This document shows, piece by piece, positions 14,527 to 31,596 of a stretch of DNA of 64,000 nt (positions are counted from its first letter, which is position 1; every line of letters starts with the position of its first letter). The notes below the pieces were generated by a model that had not been told where the DNA came from, ran no database searches, and saw nothing but the letters and a program-made list of their open reading frames with translations. Source of the stretch: Auanema rhodensis (lineage: Eukaryota; Animalia; Nematoda); NCBI GenBank assembly GCA_964057225.1, contig OZ059897.1:10044001-10108000 (forward strand), given 5' to 3'. The position numbers and the translations under genes were made by a program.

Positions 14527-17500
14527 CTAATGGGTATAAGTCACATTGATAGAGCCTCCTTTGTATATTCCCACTTTTTTACCCGTATTAGGAGGTATCC
14601 AAACACCAGATTGGCCACTATACACAAATGGCAGTTGCAATATGTAGTATCTTAAATTTTGAACTTAATTTTGAAAATATTAAAGCAAAACCTAGCCCAT
14701 GTTAGGTACAATGGACCTCCCCCATTGACAAATTGACCCGCCTCATCTGGTAGCTAAATTGAAAATATATATAGAGCAAACACTGTCAGCATCAAGTTGA
14801 CATACCAACACAACTGGATCTAACGTAACTGTTACTGGAGCCTTCGGAGTAACAATATGAACCTAGACAAAAAGTAATATGTCAATATATAACTATGGAA
14901 TACCTTTGTTAATTGGGCAACTTGTAAGGGCATTTTTCGACAAGTACATTGACGGCGAAGTGGTAGATCTTTAGATAACAAGTCATTTACAGCCTCTTTG
15001 AGAGCAGCATCTCGAGCGGAATGACTCTTCAAAATAAAACTTTAAAGCAAAATAAAACCTTTTTGAACTCACTCTGGGTAAAACTAATGGTTCACCATCA
15101 TGTCCTACAAAGAATCGATGTCCTCGGGGACATTCATAATCAAAACCGACAAAAAGTTTAACCTATAAAAGTCATAAATAGAATTGAATGCTAACTTCTC
15201 TTACTTTCTCAACATCGTTAGCACGTCTTGGCTTTCTATGTCTTGAATAAACTGATGTGCCTTCCATTGCTAACAAGCATTGCATATCCTGTTCCCAATG
15301 AGTTGGGTTAACCTAAATAGCATGTTTACCAACTTAGACATGTGAGTAAACTCACATGCAATTGAATATCAACAGGAAGCAAAAATTCTCCAGAAATTTT
15401 AAAATTCGGTTGATCTCGAAGACCGACAGAATGACTGAACGAATTTAGTTAAAGCGGTCTAGTAGAATTGGAAACCTGTATATACTGCTTGGACCAATAG
15501 AAGTCAATGTCCAAGAAGGGAAAAGGGGAAGTAAAGAAGGAGTAAGAGAATTGGGTACGCCATTGAGGTATTCAACTTTTTTAGAATCCAATTTCGTGAG
15601 ATATTTATGAAATTCAATAGCTTGTTCAAGCCTTGTATCAGAATAATTGGCTTTGTCATCTGAAGTTAGTTCAACTTTGATATACTTGATGTTTGTTAAA
15701 AACTGACTTTCTGATTTTATGTAATAATCTCTTAAGGCATCAGCTTCTTCTTCTGATTCTTCTTGCGAAGACGTGTCCAGAACATCTTCATCTGACAGTA
15801 CCTGACCATTGTGTTAATTAGGGTTCAAAGAATCAAATGATTCATACTGATTTATCTACATCACTATCAGCTGAGCAATCTTCGGCACTATCAATACTAT
15901 CCGCACTACCAGCTAATAATTTGGACTTTCTGCTTGTAACCCGATTCCTTGTAAGCAACGAGTTAGAATCTGCCCCAGGTCGGGGCCAGTCTTCTTCTAC
16001 CGACCAATTCTAAAATATTATTGTTCAATAAGCACGAAAAAAAAATAAGAAAATTAAAAATAGAAATATATATACAAATCAAGATATTGAAAAGAAAATT
16101 CACCTCTTTCTCAACAAGATCATCATCCTTAAAAATTGCAAAGTTATGTCTTTCTAAACCTTGACAACACGTGAATAATGCATTGTGAAAAAGGAAATCA
16201 TAATTAGCTTCCTAGTAATAGCATGTATTAGAAAAGTTCTATAAAAATTGAAAATACCTTAAGCGTGAAAGGATCCTTGCGAAGAGCTTGAGTCTTACCA
16301 CATGAACAAGTAGATATGAATGTAACTCCACTACTATGCATTTCCCACTTCTTTTCATCAACTGATGTATCCCCAACATATGGATGAACCTTATGCATGT
16401 TTAAACTATTCATAAAAATAGATGAGAACATACTGCTAATTGACAATTGTGACCAGTTAAAGACTGTTGCTCGCATCCTTGTCGACCACAACCCTTCCAG
16501 TGGAAATTACAACCATCTCTTAAACGTGACATTGCTTCCTCACGAGATCCGATTAGCACACTATCCAGATATGAAACAGCATCAGCAAACTGAAAAATAA
16601 GTCTACATTCATAGCATTAATGACCAAAGTAAACTTACACCTTGATCATGCTCTGCCTTTGTGACGATGTTTCGATCTTTCACAGATTTCAAATAAAAAC
16701 TGACAGCATCTTCAATGTGCTTCGATGTAAGCCTGGAATTAAAATATTTCAAGATGAAGCATGTATAAACAAAACTGTTCAAGGAATTTTTCAGTTTTTC
16801 TTGTAATTTGCTCACTGAAATTCCGAGATTTTAGAACTTCATTAATGGTACGACAGCCTTGTAGGAAATCAGATAAGGTTAGAAGCTAAAAAAAAGTATA
16901 AGTATGTGGCAAAAATAGCAAATAAACATACAAGGCCTTTTTCTGATAATAACTTTCTTACTTCATCCATATTCTGCTTTAAAAACTTTGAAAACGATTG
17001 TGAAGAAGCTCTTTCTGAAATAGTTTGATAATATCATCGGGAATAGATATCTTACTATTTTCGATATCTTCCGCTCTTTCACCCAAAGTTAAATCTAATA
17101 AATCAGATAATGGATTGTTGTAGGCTACTCCTGGAAGAAATAAGTGAGCGAACTGATTCTCTGACGGAATGTATCCTAACGAAGCGCTTCTAAAATTCAA
17201 ACAACAAATGGAAATAGTTTTGAAACCATTGATCTTACTTTCCATTTTGAGTTATTCTAAAATGACGGAAAATCAGATACATTTGCTCCTCTAAGCTTCT
17301 CTCCAGTTTCTCATAAATTTCTCTCTAGAGCTTGTTTATTGATTGATATCTGTAGAATGGAAAATACCTTCTTTTGATTTCCAAGTTCCAGGCGAATCAC
17401 ATTTCTATGAAACCCGAAGAGTAAACGAGGATTGGAAACTCTTCCTTCTTCGATCCAAAATCGTACAGCTTTATCTGTATTCGCTTTCCCGTCGAATAAT

Positions 17501-18173
17501 TTATCCAAACTCTCAATTATTGAACCTCTAGCAGAAAGTCTGAAATAAATTATCATGACACCAAGCAACTTTTAGAAATAAACCTGATACTATTACAATT
17601 TTTCAGGTGTTTTACCATAGACATGTCCAATCTTGGAGCGGGTTCAGAAAAACAAACAATATGTGAAACTAAGAAAACAAAGTGCATCAAGGCAAAATAT
17701 TCGTTATCACACTTGTTCATTGATTCAAAGAAATCCTGAAGTTATTTTGTATATTAGCATTTCAAATGAGTAACCAACTTCATCTGTATTTACAAACATA
17801 TTTTCCAAATTTTGAGGATCAGAGGGACCATTAAGAAGAAAGAACACACAATCATGTGATGAAGAATAAAATGCTTCAATCTACATAAATTGTTATTTAA
17901 TTTCTGAGCCAAATTTAAGCTTACATTTAAGCATTTGCTTTCATCAGTCCAGGGTGAAAATGAACGATATTTTAAAAATTCATTGAGTTCCTCTGACTTT
18001 GGTCTATCAGTACAATCTTTACCAATCTAATAAAAAAAACCCAAAATAAGTGATGTATTGAAACATACCAATGACACAACAAGAACTTTTCGATCTTTAA
18101 ATCTTTTCAAATATTCGTCTGCTTTGGTTAACCATTCTCCCAACAGTTGAGAATTACCAACAAAATTGTTCAT
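14527..18173 (-). CDS. smg-8: Nonsense-mediated decay factor SMG8
   Basis: VVSLIGKD N-terminal G-fold, FLVSHIVCFSEP, PRLLFGF, HSSGVTFISTCSCGKTQ..R.DPF, FVGFDYECPRGHRFF, C-terminal LQLPFVY; ~21 exons, all GT-AG. Confidence 0.9.
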
Positions 18174-20286
18174 TCGTCTAGCTCTCCGTCTTTCTTAATT
18201 GTGCATATTAATTTCATTATTGTATTAATCAGTATTCATGTAATTAAGAATAAAAATAAAAAAGTAGCAAATAAGGTATATTTTCAATGTTCCGGATGGG
18301 ACCAAATTCTTTTAATTTCTTTTATTCCTTCTAATTATTCATATGATAGAATAATATAAAGGTAAAATATTTTATACTATAAATATTTATATATATTTGA
18401 GAGAAAAAGATTTATGATCTTATGGTAAATTTAATACTTTTAGCGAAATCATTGTTTAAATTCTCAACATACTTCGACTTCGTACAATCATTCTTTTCGA
18501 AGCAAACTAAAATCAGCAATGGCCTCCATAATAGCTGAACTATTATATTCAATGCAATTGTCTTTGGGCATAAGGAATCACCTTGGCATTTTGGTATAAA
18601 AAAACTTTCGCGTTCTTTTCTTTATCTCTGTGATGTAATGGTTTATCCTTGTTCAGAAGCAATTTTATTCCATATCGCTGGTCCAACGACCATTTTTTTT
18701 TATTTGCCATATCAAGTGAACAGGTGATGAAGCCGTTTTTTATCTACAGAACGGATATCTCTCAAATCATGATAGCTTGCAAAGAAATGATCAGATAATG
18801 ATCGGATCAAGTTTACATCATTTCGTTGGAGTACGGTTAACTAAGCTATAAATTCAAATGACCAAACCAAGAAGTACCATACTGCGAAATATAGCATTAC
18901 ACTTTAAAAAGCAGGTGGCATTGAAAATTTGAAGTTTTAGCATTGATATAAATATCAAATGTTTTATACATACGTTGAAAAGAAACTGTTATAAACATAA
19001 GTTACTAAATATGCTGAAAGAGTAGTGGTTGATCATTTTTATAATGCGCATATTTGACCTGAAGTAGCAACAGCCAGTGATAGCTTTCCGTTTAACATGA
19101 CAGACGTGGGCTTTTAACAAAGAAAATCCAGTTTTGGACTTGAAGAAATGAAGTGAGGCAGATAGACATGCGGAAGACCTTACAGCTCATATCATTTTCT
19201 TGTTTTTGAAGGTTAGAAAAACAAGTGTGTTTTTAAACAGAAGAAACACTTCAAACTGTTTCAAATTTCAATTTTTTGTAGAATTGAGTTTTTCATTGAG
19301 TCGCTTTTCTTTTTTCATAAGCAACAACGTGTTCATAGAATTTATGTCAGCTAGAGAAATGAATAAATAACTGATAGAACTGTATAATAAGAAAAAACTA
19401 TGTTTCAAACTGTTTACGATACAGCTTCAACAGAGAACTAACAAATTTAAGTTTTTGATATCAGTTACTATTCTTCTAAACCTTAATTACCGTTTCTGAG
19501 AATACAAAAAATGATACAATTTTATGAAAGGTATATGAAGTATAGTAGTATTTCGGAGATGTCATATTATTACAAAATCTAAATAATTGCTAAAGTTGTT
19601 GGGTGAAATTTGAAGTAAACGCTATTAAAACCTGTAATTTGACCCTGAACAGAGCTGATATCATCAAAGAGAGAGATGAATCTTTCAGCTTAATATGGAC
19701 ATTAACGCTCAAACATTTTACTAAGAACATACTGAACTACTGATAGGTTCATTTTGAAAAAGGTTGTTGGAAAATGAAAAAAAAATCGTTCAAAAACGAA
19801 ATATGACCAATGGTCTAAGAAAAACAAAAGGAATAGCGATATAATCTGAGAAAATCTTTCCCATAACTTGCTTTCAACTCGTCGTGTTCTACATTCATAG
19901 CTTAACGGAAAACCTTCTAACAGTTGTCGGTTGAATATCAAATCCAAAAATGGCATAATTATCATTATAATATCAAAAGATAGAACTCTGAATTTTAAAA
20001 ATCCGAGTGAATAATATATGACAAGGCAAATTATACTCTTTCGAAGTTACAGTACTTCGCATATCTATCACAGCATCAGAATCAGTATATTGAGTGTTAC
20101 ACTGGATAATGGTATCCACAAACCTTAGCGTTAATCTTTAATTCTATTAAGGACGCTACATGAAATATTACAACATGATATTATTTCAGAAAGCTTAAAC
20201 ATCGAGTATCATGCTGTCTTTGATGCGACATCGCGCGCGACTCACAGAAGACCGGTAAACCGATAGAAGGCGGCGCCCAGGTGCCA

Positions 20287-20294
20287 TATATAAG
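20287..20294 (+). promoter_or_regulatory. TATA box of the collagen gene
   Basis: TATATAAG ~80 bp upstream of the ATG, preceded by a GC-rich block and a GATAG motif. Confidence 0.6.
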
Positions 20295-20369
20295 AAGGTT
20301 CGTTAGGCAGAATAGATACGATTGGTGTGATACTTCAATAGCAAGTAACATCCTCTCATCAAACAGAAA

Positions 20370-21423
20370 ATGTACTCCTCAAACGAAACTGACGAGAAGA
20401 AGATGTGGCACGAGGCTGAGAGCCTTCGTCGTATTGCTTTCTTCGGCATTTGCATCAGGTACATATTCGAATAATCTTATTCACTTTTCTAAACTATTAT
20501 ATGTTTATATAATTAATAATTTTAGTACTGTCGCCACTTTAACTGCTATTGTTGCTATCCCATCTCTCTACAACTACATGCAACACGTTCAATCTTCTCT
20601 CCAGACTGAGGTTTGATATATCGCAACTAAGAATCTGCTAACCAATACCTTTATACAGGTTGAGTTCTGCAAGCATCGTACCACTGGCCTTTTCGAGCAA
20701 TACGAAAGACTCCAACAGATCAAGGGAGTTCGTGGAGCTATCATCAAGAGACAAGCTGGATACGGTGCCAACCCTGAGTACGCTGGTGATGAAGCCGTCC
20801 AAGCTTCTCACGATTCTCAACAACAAGGATCTTGCTGCTCATGCAAATCTGGAGCCGCTGGACCAGCTGGACCACCAGGAATTGACGGAGAAAACGGAAA
20901 CGATGGACAGCCAGGACAACCAGGTCTTCCAGGAGCTGATGCTGACCCAGATGAGCAACCAAACGCTGACAGCTTCTGCTTCGACTGCCCAGCCGGACCA
21001 CCAGGACCAGCAGGAAACCCAGGACCAAAGGGACCATCCGGAAACAACGGAGCTGACGGACAACCAGGACCAAACGGACAACCAGGACAACCAGGAGCCC
21101 CAGGACCACAAGGACCAGCTGGAAGCGATGGACAACCAGGACAGCCAGGAGCTCCAGGAGTACCAGGAGTTGTTGAAGAAGTTGAAGGACCAGTTGGACC
21201 AGCCGGACCAGCAGGACCACAAGGAGCCCCAGGAGCCGATGGACAACCAGGATCCGCTGGACAACCAGGACAAGACGGACCACAAGGACCACCAGGAGAT
21301 GCTGGATCCGATGGACAACCAGGAGCTCCAGGACAACCAGGAGAGCAAGGACCACTCGGAGAGACCGGACTTGGAGGTGGATGCGACCACTGCCCACCAC
21401 CAAGAACTGCTCCAGGATATTAA
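20370..21423 (+). CDS. Cuticle collagen (3 exons)
   Basis: Col_cuticle_N ([29 protein letters not shown]), furin-type site IKR, CCSC, Gly-X-Y repeats, C-terminal [13 protein letters not shown]. Confidence 0.97.
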
Positions 21424-22192
21424 GTTCTTGGAACTGTGTCTGTATTTTCATGTATATTTCAATCTTCCTCACGAGACACGCATCTCTAACGTCATTCAGC
21501 AGAATAAAGCTAGTTTTCATGACAAATACTGTCTTTTACATTACAAAAAAAGAATCACAAACAGTTCAAAGAGAAATTACACAAATACCAGAATATTACG
21601 AAAAGAGCGAGTTCATTAAGCATAGAAAGTTATCTATTTCTCACACCTGTCTTTTTGTCCTTGAGTAACGGGGTTTAGCAACTTTTCAAACACGAAACAA
21701 GAAAAATCATTGGCAACATCACTTCCGCAATAAAAAATATTCAAAATCATTAGATCAATCTACATTAAATAAGAAAAACGATCGTATGAACATATCAACA
21801 TACAAAAAATATAGAAAATGAAAAAAAAAATTATTTTCCGAAAATACAAAAATAGCCAAAATTCATTAAAAATTAATATACAAAGGAAAGAGATTATAGA
21901 TATTTCTTGAAATTAGGGGTGCTTAATACGGAATATAATCATGATAATATCCGGAACCAGGGATATTATAAAACCAGGTAACCATGACATTGACGGATTA
22001 ATCAGAGTAACTTTCTGCGGTTTTAGAGCATGTTGATCGAACAAACATGAACTGACGCATTTTCACGTATCGTCTGATGACGTTTCCTACCGAAAGCTAG
22101 TCATTTCTTATAAAATATCACTATAAATTGCAATCTGTCGTCTAATATTATTTATCCAAATCTATTTAGAGTTTCTCCATGACTTAAAATCA

Positions 22193-25041
<2,849 letters not shown>

Positions 25042-25419
25042 TTTATTTATTTTGAGGTGAAAGTAAATGGGTATTTTTCATAAGATTGTTATTGTATTTC
25101 TGTGAAATTCGTAATAGGTTGTTCAATCCATTCAACTATTAATGTACAAAAAATATCATTCATTCAAGCTTATTCTAATAATTTGTCTTCTTCGGTCCGC
25201 CCCCAGAGATGAGTCTTTTCTTTAAAATCCCAGCGTCCATTATCTTTTCCCGGATGTCTCCCATTGATTGCCGTTTACTCTTCTAGTTGTAGTCACTCCT
25301 AATCAAAATCTCGGAAAAAAAGATTTTTATACATTTCTTTCTTGTTTTTAACGTGTTAATCGTTTTTGTTTATTTTGAAACACACAGTAAACACAGAAAT
25401 TATGCTTTTCATGTAGGCA

Positions 25420-26554
25420 ATGAGCATTCCAACTCCACATTATCATCTGAATGCCATACAAAAGCAGTGTGTCTATCAGCCTGCTGAGGATACTTTCCTA
25501 CTCCTTGATGCAATTGAAAAAGACATCAAAGTCAGTTATTGCTGTTTTTATGGTTTTTTTTGTTTACATGAATTCCTAATAGAAATTAAAAGAACTGGAG
25601 CCATCTATTGTACTTGAAATTGGAAGTGGTACTGGAGTAGTCTCTGCATTTGTTAACAAAGTAAGATTTTTCTACACAGTAGAAACGTATTTTAATCCTA
25701 TTTTTCTTAAACTATGATTTATGTTAGGATATATTTTCCTCTTGTCCCTAAAAAGGGCTGTTGGCCCAGAGGGAATAGATATATGTGAGGGTGAGCATGT
25801 GCGTGCGCTAAGTCCGATTGAAAAAAAAGAAAGCAGGATTCCGTACTTTGTGCTTTGAATATGTTTAAGTGAAAAGAACATTTCATATGGACTGACCAAT
25901 TTTCGTCTCTGAATAGAAACAAATTTGGAAATTGTTAATGCTATTTAGTCTAACTTGCTTATAACACAGGCGTTGGATGGAAAAGTGGCTTCATTTGCAA
26001 CAGATCTCAATACAAATGCCCTTGATTGCACTGTGGAAACGGGAAAATTGAACGGTGTTTCAATTCAAGTAGTTCGAACTGACCTGTACGAAGGTTTGGA
26101 TCACCTCTATGTGAGCTGAATTAAGTATAAAATAGAGATGAGTTTAATATTTTTTAGAACAAAGTAGACATTCTTCTCTTCAACCCCCCATATGTCCCCA
26201 CGGACGAAGGACCAAAAGAACTTATTGTAATCGGATTAATTTTTAATTTTTAATAGTAATTTGCTCAGGAACTCTGCTGGGCTGGTGGAAAAGAAGGTCG
26301 AGATACTCTTGACAGACTATTGCCTTCTATAACTAAACTATTGTCACCAAAGGGAGTGTTCTATTTAGTTGCTTTGCATGCTAATGGCATCGATCAGCTC
26401 TTGCAGCATAATCCTAAGCTTAAAGGTAATAATTAAAATACAATACCATTCATTCATTAAGATTTGTATAATAGGTTCTATTGCTATGGAAAGAAGATGT
26501 GGAATTGAACATTTATATATTTTGAAGTTTGTTCACAGCAACTCAAGTTCATAG
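25420..26554 (+). CDS. mtq-2: HemK2/N6AMT1 eRF1 glutamine methyltransferase
   Basis: MSIPTP, VYQPAEDTFLLLDAIEKD, LEIGSGTGVVS (SAM motif I), FATDLN, LFNPPYVPT, WAGGKEGR, RRCGIEHLYILKF. Confidence 0.95.
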
Positions 26555-26887
26555 TCTTTGTTGGGAAACTCATGTTTTGTTTTTGCTTATTTTTTTATTA
26601 ATTTTAACATTTTTCTGAATGATCTATTGATGTGTGGTTGTCGACACGAAAACAATTTACCATTTATAAAAATAAATTTATTGAAAAACTTTTGTTTCTC
26701 GGTATTCAAAACGTAAACAATAACAAAATAACATTTTTCTATATCTCTAGTAGATGCATATACATATACACATTGGTATATATATCATATGATATCAAGT
26801 ATAAAACAGACACAAACTTATTTTTCATCAGAATCAGGCACTACGATTTGAACATGAAGTTTTCTTTTCCTATTAGGTCTGAAAGAA

Positions 26888-29800
26888 TTACCAAAATAAG
26901 GTAGTATATAAGAGTTTGAACCTTGAAGATTCAACACATTCATCCATAAATTGAATATTTGGAGCAGAGTCTTCGGAATTTAATCCAAGGTCTTCCGTGG
27001 TATCTTTAATAGGAAATTTTTCAAGATATTGCATATGAAACAAACTTGAAACAGGCAGAAAACAGGGATCGGAAAGACTTGTCATGATATTGAGTGATGA
27101 TCTGTCAAATGTGGAATCAGTGAGCATAGTTTCCTTAGAATTCTAAAATAGATGGAAATTTTAAATTTACAGACAGCTTTCATACTATGGGAGAAGATTC
27201 TTTCGTTTCAGAATTTAAAAAAACTTTATTTGAAACATTTTCTCCGGCTTGTACGGATTCAATTGCTTGTCGTAGCTGTAACATAAGCGGTAAGGACTTT
27301 GTATCATTATCATAATTACCTCACGAAGCGCTACTACACCAATCAAAGTACCACATTCAGTTACATAAGCTCTGTTTAAGCCCAAAAGTGAAAACAAAAA
27401 ATGAACTTTGGGTAAACTAGTATGTTCCACCAGTTGAAATGGAGCAGGGTCGATATGATAATGTGATAAATCAATTTCTTCGTTCAGCATATCTTCTTCC
27501 CAGTTTTTTTTCTGAAAAGTGCAAGCAAGATAGGGGTTAAAATCAGATCCCTATACCTCATCGTTATAAAGATCAAACTCAGTCTCTCTCTGTGCTTGCT
27601 TTTGAGTTCTTCCAAAGCTGATTTTACCAATGGACCGAAACATGCCTAATATAATTGACGGTTGGTAAGAAAACTCTATTTTCTACCTGTGATAGTATGA
27701 TATACATCATCTTCATTTTCTTTTTTCCCTCTCTTGGTACCCATTGCCAAAATAGCTTTCTAAACAAGCAAGTTAAAGCTAAAAGGGGGAGGGGCACACT
27801 AACAGAGGCAATTTCTGGTATTTTTGGTGCTGCTCCAGCATCTCTAGCTTTTTCTATTATTTCTGGTGAACATTCAGCTGGCATGGCAACTGGCTGTACT
27901 GTGAAACGACTGAAGAATACGAGAATAGACGCTTACTATTATACTGTAAACCTTGTTTTCTTTTTACTTAGAGAGTCTAAAGGATTTATTTTCTCTGTAC
28001 TACCCGTCTCAGAATGACACGCTTTGTATCTCTTGTCGAGATCATTCAACGCATCTTTCACACGACGTCGAGCTTCGGCTTGACGAGCATGCGTACCAAC
28101 TTTAGATTCAAGCATAGTAACTAATTGAGTCTTACTTATGGATCCCAGTAAAGTCATTCGATCTTGAAAGCATACCAGTAAATATAAAACAGTTGAATAA
28201 ACCTTTGCTTTCAACTAGTGGGAATGCTTTCAGCCTTGGCATGGTTAAAAGAAGGTCTTGAAGATCGGCATAGGTTGAGTCTCGGGCTACAAATCGAACA
28301 GGAGAAACCATGAAATGCTCAACTAACACGCTGTGAAACCTAGCAAAAAAGTAATGAAATATAAAAGAAAATTAGATAAGTACGCTGATGTTGATCGAGC
28401 TGGAATATCAGGCAAATATGGTAAATGCTTAATTGTAATAATAGAATCATATATAGATGATTGAAAAAATGAAGCAACTGCGTTTGCTACTAAGACAGCT
28501 AACTGAAAAAGAAGTTATCACACTTTTTCTTTTACGGAAATGTATACCATAACCGGAAGCAATAAAACTAATTGTCCAGTTAATTCAAAAACTATAACAG
28601 CTATAGAAACTGTATGTGTTGCCGCTCCTGTGAATGCGGCAGCACCTATGATTCAGTTGTTGTTGATATGCAAGTTTTACAGAGAAGTCAGACCTACAAC
28701 TCCATAAATTCCTGGTCGGATAATCATATCTGGTCGAGATGGATCAAAACCATTCGGATAGAAATATACCGCCATTTCTCCGACCGTTCTCCCTAGTGCT
28801 GCTCCTAATATGAATACAGACATGAAAATACCCGTTGGGACAGGCAGAGTTGTAGCGATGATCGTTAAAAAAAACTAAACAAATATGTGAAAGAAATGGG
28901 ATTTTCACTTACGAAAACAATTTGAAAGACAATGAGAATGAGAAATACATTTGTATCTCCGTTTGGTCCTGTCCATTGTCTCATATCAATTGTATGGTTA
29001 GAAGAATTGAAACAAGAATATTCATGATCAACAGGTAATACCCATGAGCAATCAGCAATAAAATCAGAAAGAGTTTGACCAAATCTTCTCTAAAATGCGT
29101 GAAGTGCTACGAATCTCACTTAAACCTAACCTCTCCACCCAAAAAAGAACCAAGTCCTAATGGAAAAGTGATAGATGACATTAAAAAGGATAAAAAAATT
29201 GGATATAACAGCCAGCTATAAGAATTTAAAACTATATAATATTTTAAAGTTCTCTGAACTGTTTTTGGAATAAAAATCGGGAGAAAGTATTTTTCCTTAA
29301 AAATAGAACTATTTTTCTATGAACCGCTACATATAAAGCACCAAGAGCACCACATATTAATCTAAAAACATTGAGTGTTGTTGGTAAGTGTAGCGAACAT
29401 CCTCTTACCCTATAGCCACAAAAGCAGGCAATTCATACGGTAAAAAGGAGTCCTTCTCAGGAAAATAGGTTTGAAAATGAGCTTCGAACGACACTCAAAC
29501 AATGAAAATTTAAATAATATCGTGGATGTATAACTTACAGTCATAAGCATCAGCTTCCATTTGAGACTTCGAAAAAAGCCTTAAAATAGCAAAAACTGTG
29601 GCACTCCAAGTAGCTGCAAAAAATCCTCTCCAATAATCACGAACAGCGAAGTAAACAGAAGTTACTTCAATTGAAAACAAAACGCCTGAATAAATAAAGT
29701 CATTCATATTACTTTCTAAAATAACCTCCCACAGGAGCACTGAAAGTGCAGGCTACTCCAACAGCACAACCAGCTGCTAACATCTCTGAGCATTTAGATT

Positions 29801-30790
29801 CATTCTCGAAAACTCCGTCGACTTCAGATGAAGCGTGAGATAAAATATTTGCAACAATAGAGGCAATGTGAACAAATGGTCCCTGAAAGATAGTTTTAGA
29901 ATTAAGCACGATTTATCAGGTGTCAGATTTTACTTCTTTACCCATTGGCAAACCACTGCCTAAGCATAGCGTTAATGAGGACATTTTTGAGATAAGAGTT
30001 CTGAATGATAAATATTCCTTGAGAACAACGCCACGTAAAATTGTTTTCATTTCGGGTATACCAGAGCCTCAAACAAGTTGTTAAAAACCTTGTTTATAAG
30101 GATATATCATACCTATAGCTTGAGGAGCAATATAATGGCAACATAGTGAGGATATTGTTATAAGTAAAACAACATAAATTACCCAGACGGAAAGAGAAAT
30201 AACATAATTCTGAGACAATTTCACACTATCAAATAATTCTGTATGATCTAAAAGATAACTTGTAATAGTTTAAACCAAAATATTTCAGACATTGTTGAAG
30301 AATATCTATCGCAACATCCATAACAACAGAAAAGACAGCCATAATTATACCCAAAAGTGCTAAAGAGATCCAATCTTTTGATGCCGTCCATAATATAAAC
30401 AACCGTTTGCCTATAATTTATAATTAATTCAGATGACATCAAGTATTTCTTTAAAATTTTACTTTTAGTCCTATTTACTGGTTTCGGTAAAAGTTGCTTA
30501 GAACTAGCAATGAACAAATCATCCTTAATGATAATTCAAATTAATAATAAAAATAAATAGAAAAACATTAACAGCATTGAATTAATAAAGAAAACTTACT
30601 TTTCTAGATGAACATTTACGGTCTGATGTAGCTTTAAACGTTCCTAACTGCTACAAAGTATAAATAAAATAAAAGAAATTTAATAAAATCATACAAAACT
30701 CCTTTCATATTGATAACCAATAGTCTGTTGTTCATTTAAAGCACTAAAGTTCAAATCCTCACTGAGCCCAATTTTACGTCGAACGTCCAT
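26888..30790 (-). CDS. CLC-1/2-type voltage-gated chloride channel (clh family)
   Basis: [64 protein letters not shown], two CBS domains ([14 protein letters not shown]); ~23 exons. The paralogue is not resolved. Confidence 0.93.
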
Positions 30791-31596
30791 TACTCATCTA
30801 GAAAATGAATATGTGATAAGGGATAAAAGTAATTTTTACAAACAAAACAATCTGTTCGAAGTAACGCATCTCAAACGAGAATGATAACTGAGCAAAAACC
30901 TGTGTTTCAAGACGTTGCAGAAACATTACGAGGCACTTCAGTTTAAGTGATTGAATATACAAATAATCTCTCATTATTGACCCAAAAAAAAAACGTTTTG
31001 TATCGTTATCTACGATTTATCAAAACGTTTACAAGTTCTCTATATTGCATATAATATTGAGAATGAATTAATAATATAAAAACACAATTTCTAAAAGTGC
31101 AATATGGAATAGGCAACTTGGATCGTAAAGCAAGAGAGAGACGAAAAGGAAGAAACAAAATTTGCACATTTAAAATAATTATAGGAGCACGGTTATAACC
31201 TATTTTTCTAATTCCTTCCAAAATGTTATATATCATAAATGGTCTATAAAATATCACTTCAAAATTTTGATAGATTCTGGATGAGAGAATAATAAGATTT
31301 ACGTAAACTATGTTGTGAATTTCAAATTTCTTTATAAAATGGAGACAACGATAACCAGCTGTGCCCCACATCAATTCTTATAGTTTGCGAATCTAAACAT
31401 TCTCATTGTTTAATACATCAACGCTGGTAAAAACTGTATGGAAGACAAAAAACTCAAAGTACACTACCTAAATTTCAAACAATCACACTTCATCTGTGTT
31501 CCACGGTTTGGGAAGTCTAAATGACTAATAATCTGTTACACACATTTATTAACGAATTAATTTTGTCCTATCACTTCTACGTATTAAAAAATTAAT

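Noticed and set aside
18400-20100. Transposon-like sequence between smg-8 and the collagen (also ~48100-48320 and 50400-50700)
   Set aside because: Composition is suggestive, but no terminal inverted repeats, target-site duplication or transposase motif could be identified.
20660-21619. Long alternative-frame and antisense ORFs (319, 258 and 183 aa) over the collagen; similar ones at 57202-57645
   Set aside because: By-products of repetitive GGA-CCA Gly-Pro codons; the true frame is the Gly-X-Y one.
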